A stretch of DNA of 35,556 bases from a virus (taxonomy: Duplodnaviria > Caudoviricetes): positions 1 through 35,556 of the IMG/VR virus record IMGVR_UViG_3300030372_003368, one strand, 5' to 3'. Made by a program: the position numbers and the translations under genes. Below are positions 35,041-35,556 of the stretch, piece after piece. The notes below the pieces were generated by a model. That model was not told the origin of the DNA, made no database searches, and saw only the letters and a list, made by a program, of their open reading frames with translations. Every line of letters begins with the position of its first letter. The first letter of the stretch is position 1.

Positions 35041-35313
35041 ATGATGAAAATCAGACCGATCGTGAAAGACGCATTCAAGGTGAATGAGTTGGTTTATCAA
35101 TTTTGCGTCATCGACCTTGAAGACGGATACCTTGACGAGGCCACCCCGGAAGAGGTCAACGAAAAGTACAGCGACGAGTACATCATCAAAGAGGCTTACC
35201 ACCGTCTAGACATTGCGATGGACCCAGCAAATCAAGAGGAAGAAGACTGGCGGCGCGACGCCGCGCAACTGCGAAGGTTTATTAAAAAATGGAAGGTGAA
35301 GGGAGACGACTAA
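35041..35313 (+). CDS. Early hypothetical acidic protein
   Basis: AAGGAG RBS before ATG 35041. Confidence 0.75.
   Translation: MMKIRPIVKDAFKVNELVYQFCVIDLEDGYLDEATPEEVNEKYSDEYIIKEAYHRLDIAMDPANQEEEDWRRDAAQLRRFIKKWKVKGDD
35241..35305 (+). repeat. Exact 65-bp terminal direct repeat, copy 2
   Basis: Identical to 1-65. Confidence 0.97.
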
Positions 35314-35504
35314 TGACAACCATGAACATCAATCTTACCGCAGACGAGATTGACATGATCCAAAGCGCCATTGAAGCGATTTGGTGGGACGACACGCCGA
35401 CCGTCAAACGTGGCACGTCGGAAGCTGATAACGCCAAGCGTCTCAGCCGTAAACTTGCAAAGGCGTTAGATCATCGCAACACCGATTTTGGAGCGCAGTC
35501 ATGA
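35313..35504 (+). CDS. Small early hypothetical protein (63 aa), variable-slot allele B
   Basis: TAATG coupling; ends NTDFGAQS like 72..260. Confidence 0.8.
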   Translation: MTTMNINLTADEIDMIQSAIEAIWWDDTPTVKRGTSEADNAKRLSRKLAKALDHRNTDFGAQS

Positions 35505-35556
35505 CGCGCAAAGTCACAATGGAGTTAACTGTGCAGCAGGCCTCGAAGATTTACGA
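35501..35556 (+). CDS. Partial homolog of 257..454
   Basis: MTRKVTMELTVQQASKIY versus MKRKVTMELTVQQAAKVH. Confidence 0.8.
   Translation, partial: MTRKVTMELTVQQASKIY

Larger units (their letters stand above)
1..35556. mobile_element. Temperate podovirus-like phage genome in excised/virion (attP-intact) form
   Basis: Complete packaging, head, short-tail, lysis, replication and integration modules. No host genes. Ends overlap (1-65 = 35241-35305). Confidence 0.95.

Overview
The window looks like a near-complete (~35.2 kb unit), circularly permuted genome of a temperate, short-tailed (podovirus-type) dsDNA phage. The host is probably an alphaproteobacterium (inference from integrase/Xis style and lysis genes). 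The + strand early arm (34426-35556, continuing 1-5573) holds small hypervariable ORFs, a serine recombinase, a winged-helix protein, Xis, a tyrosine integrase, an intact attP (19-nt tRNA 3' end plus arm repeats), a YqaJ exonuclease, an ERF annealase and a LexA-N protein. The - strand arm (34310 to 5545) holds an RHH repressor, RusA, a lambda-O-like initiator with an internal iteron origin, a PAPS-reductase-like enzyme, TerS/TerL, portal, scaffold, capsid, T7/BPP-1-type tail tubular A/B, internal virion proteins, tail fibre and a lysis cassette. I see no DNA or RNA polymerase, reverse transcriptase, CRISPR array or complete tRNA. The most notable observations are: (1) the two contig ends are alternative alleles of one gene slot; (2) the integrase lacks its first catalytic Arg although attP is intact; (3) a multi-branch RNA leader hides the capsid RBS; (4) the origin unwinding region contains a CtrA-type box; (5) several translationally coupled micro-ORFs are missing from the ORF track (ArfA-like, AT-hook, Zn ribbon). 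All product calls come from reading motifs by eye; no database search was run.
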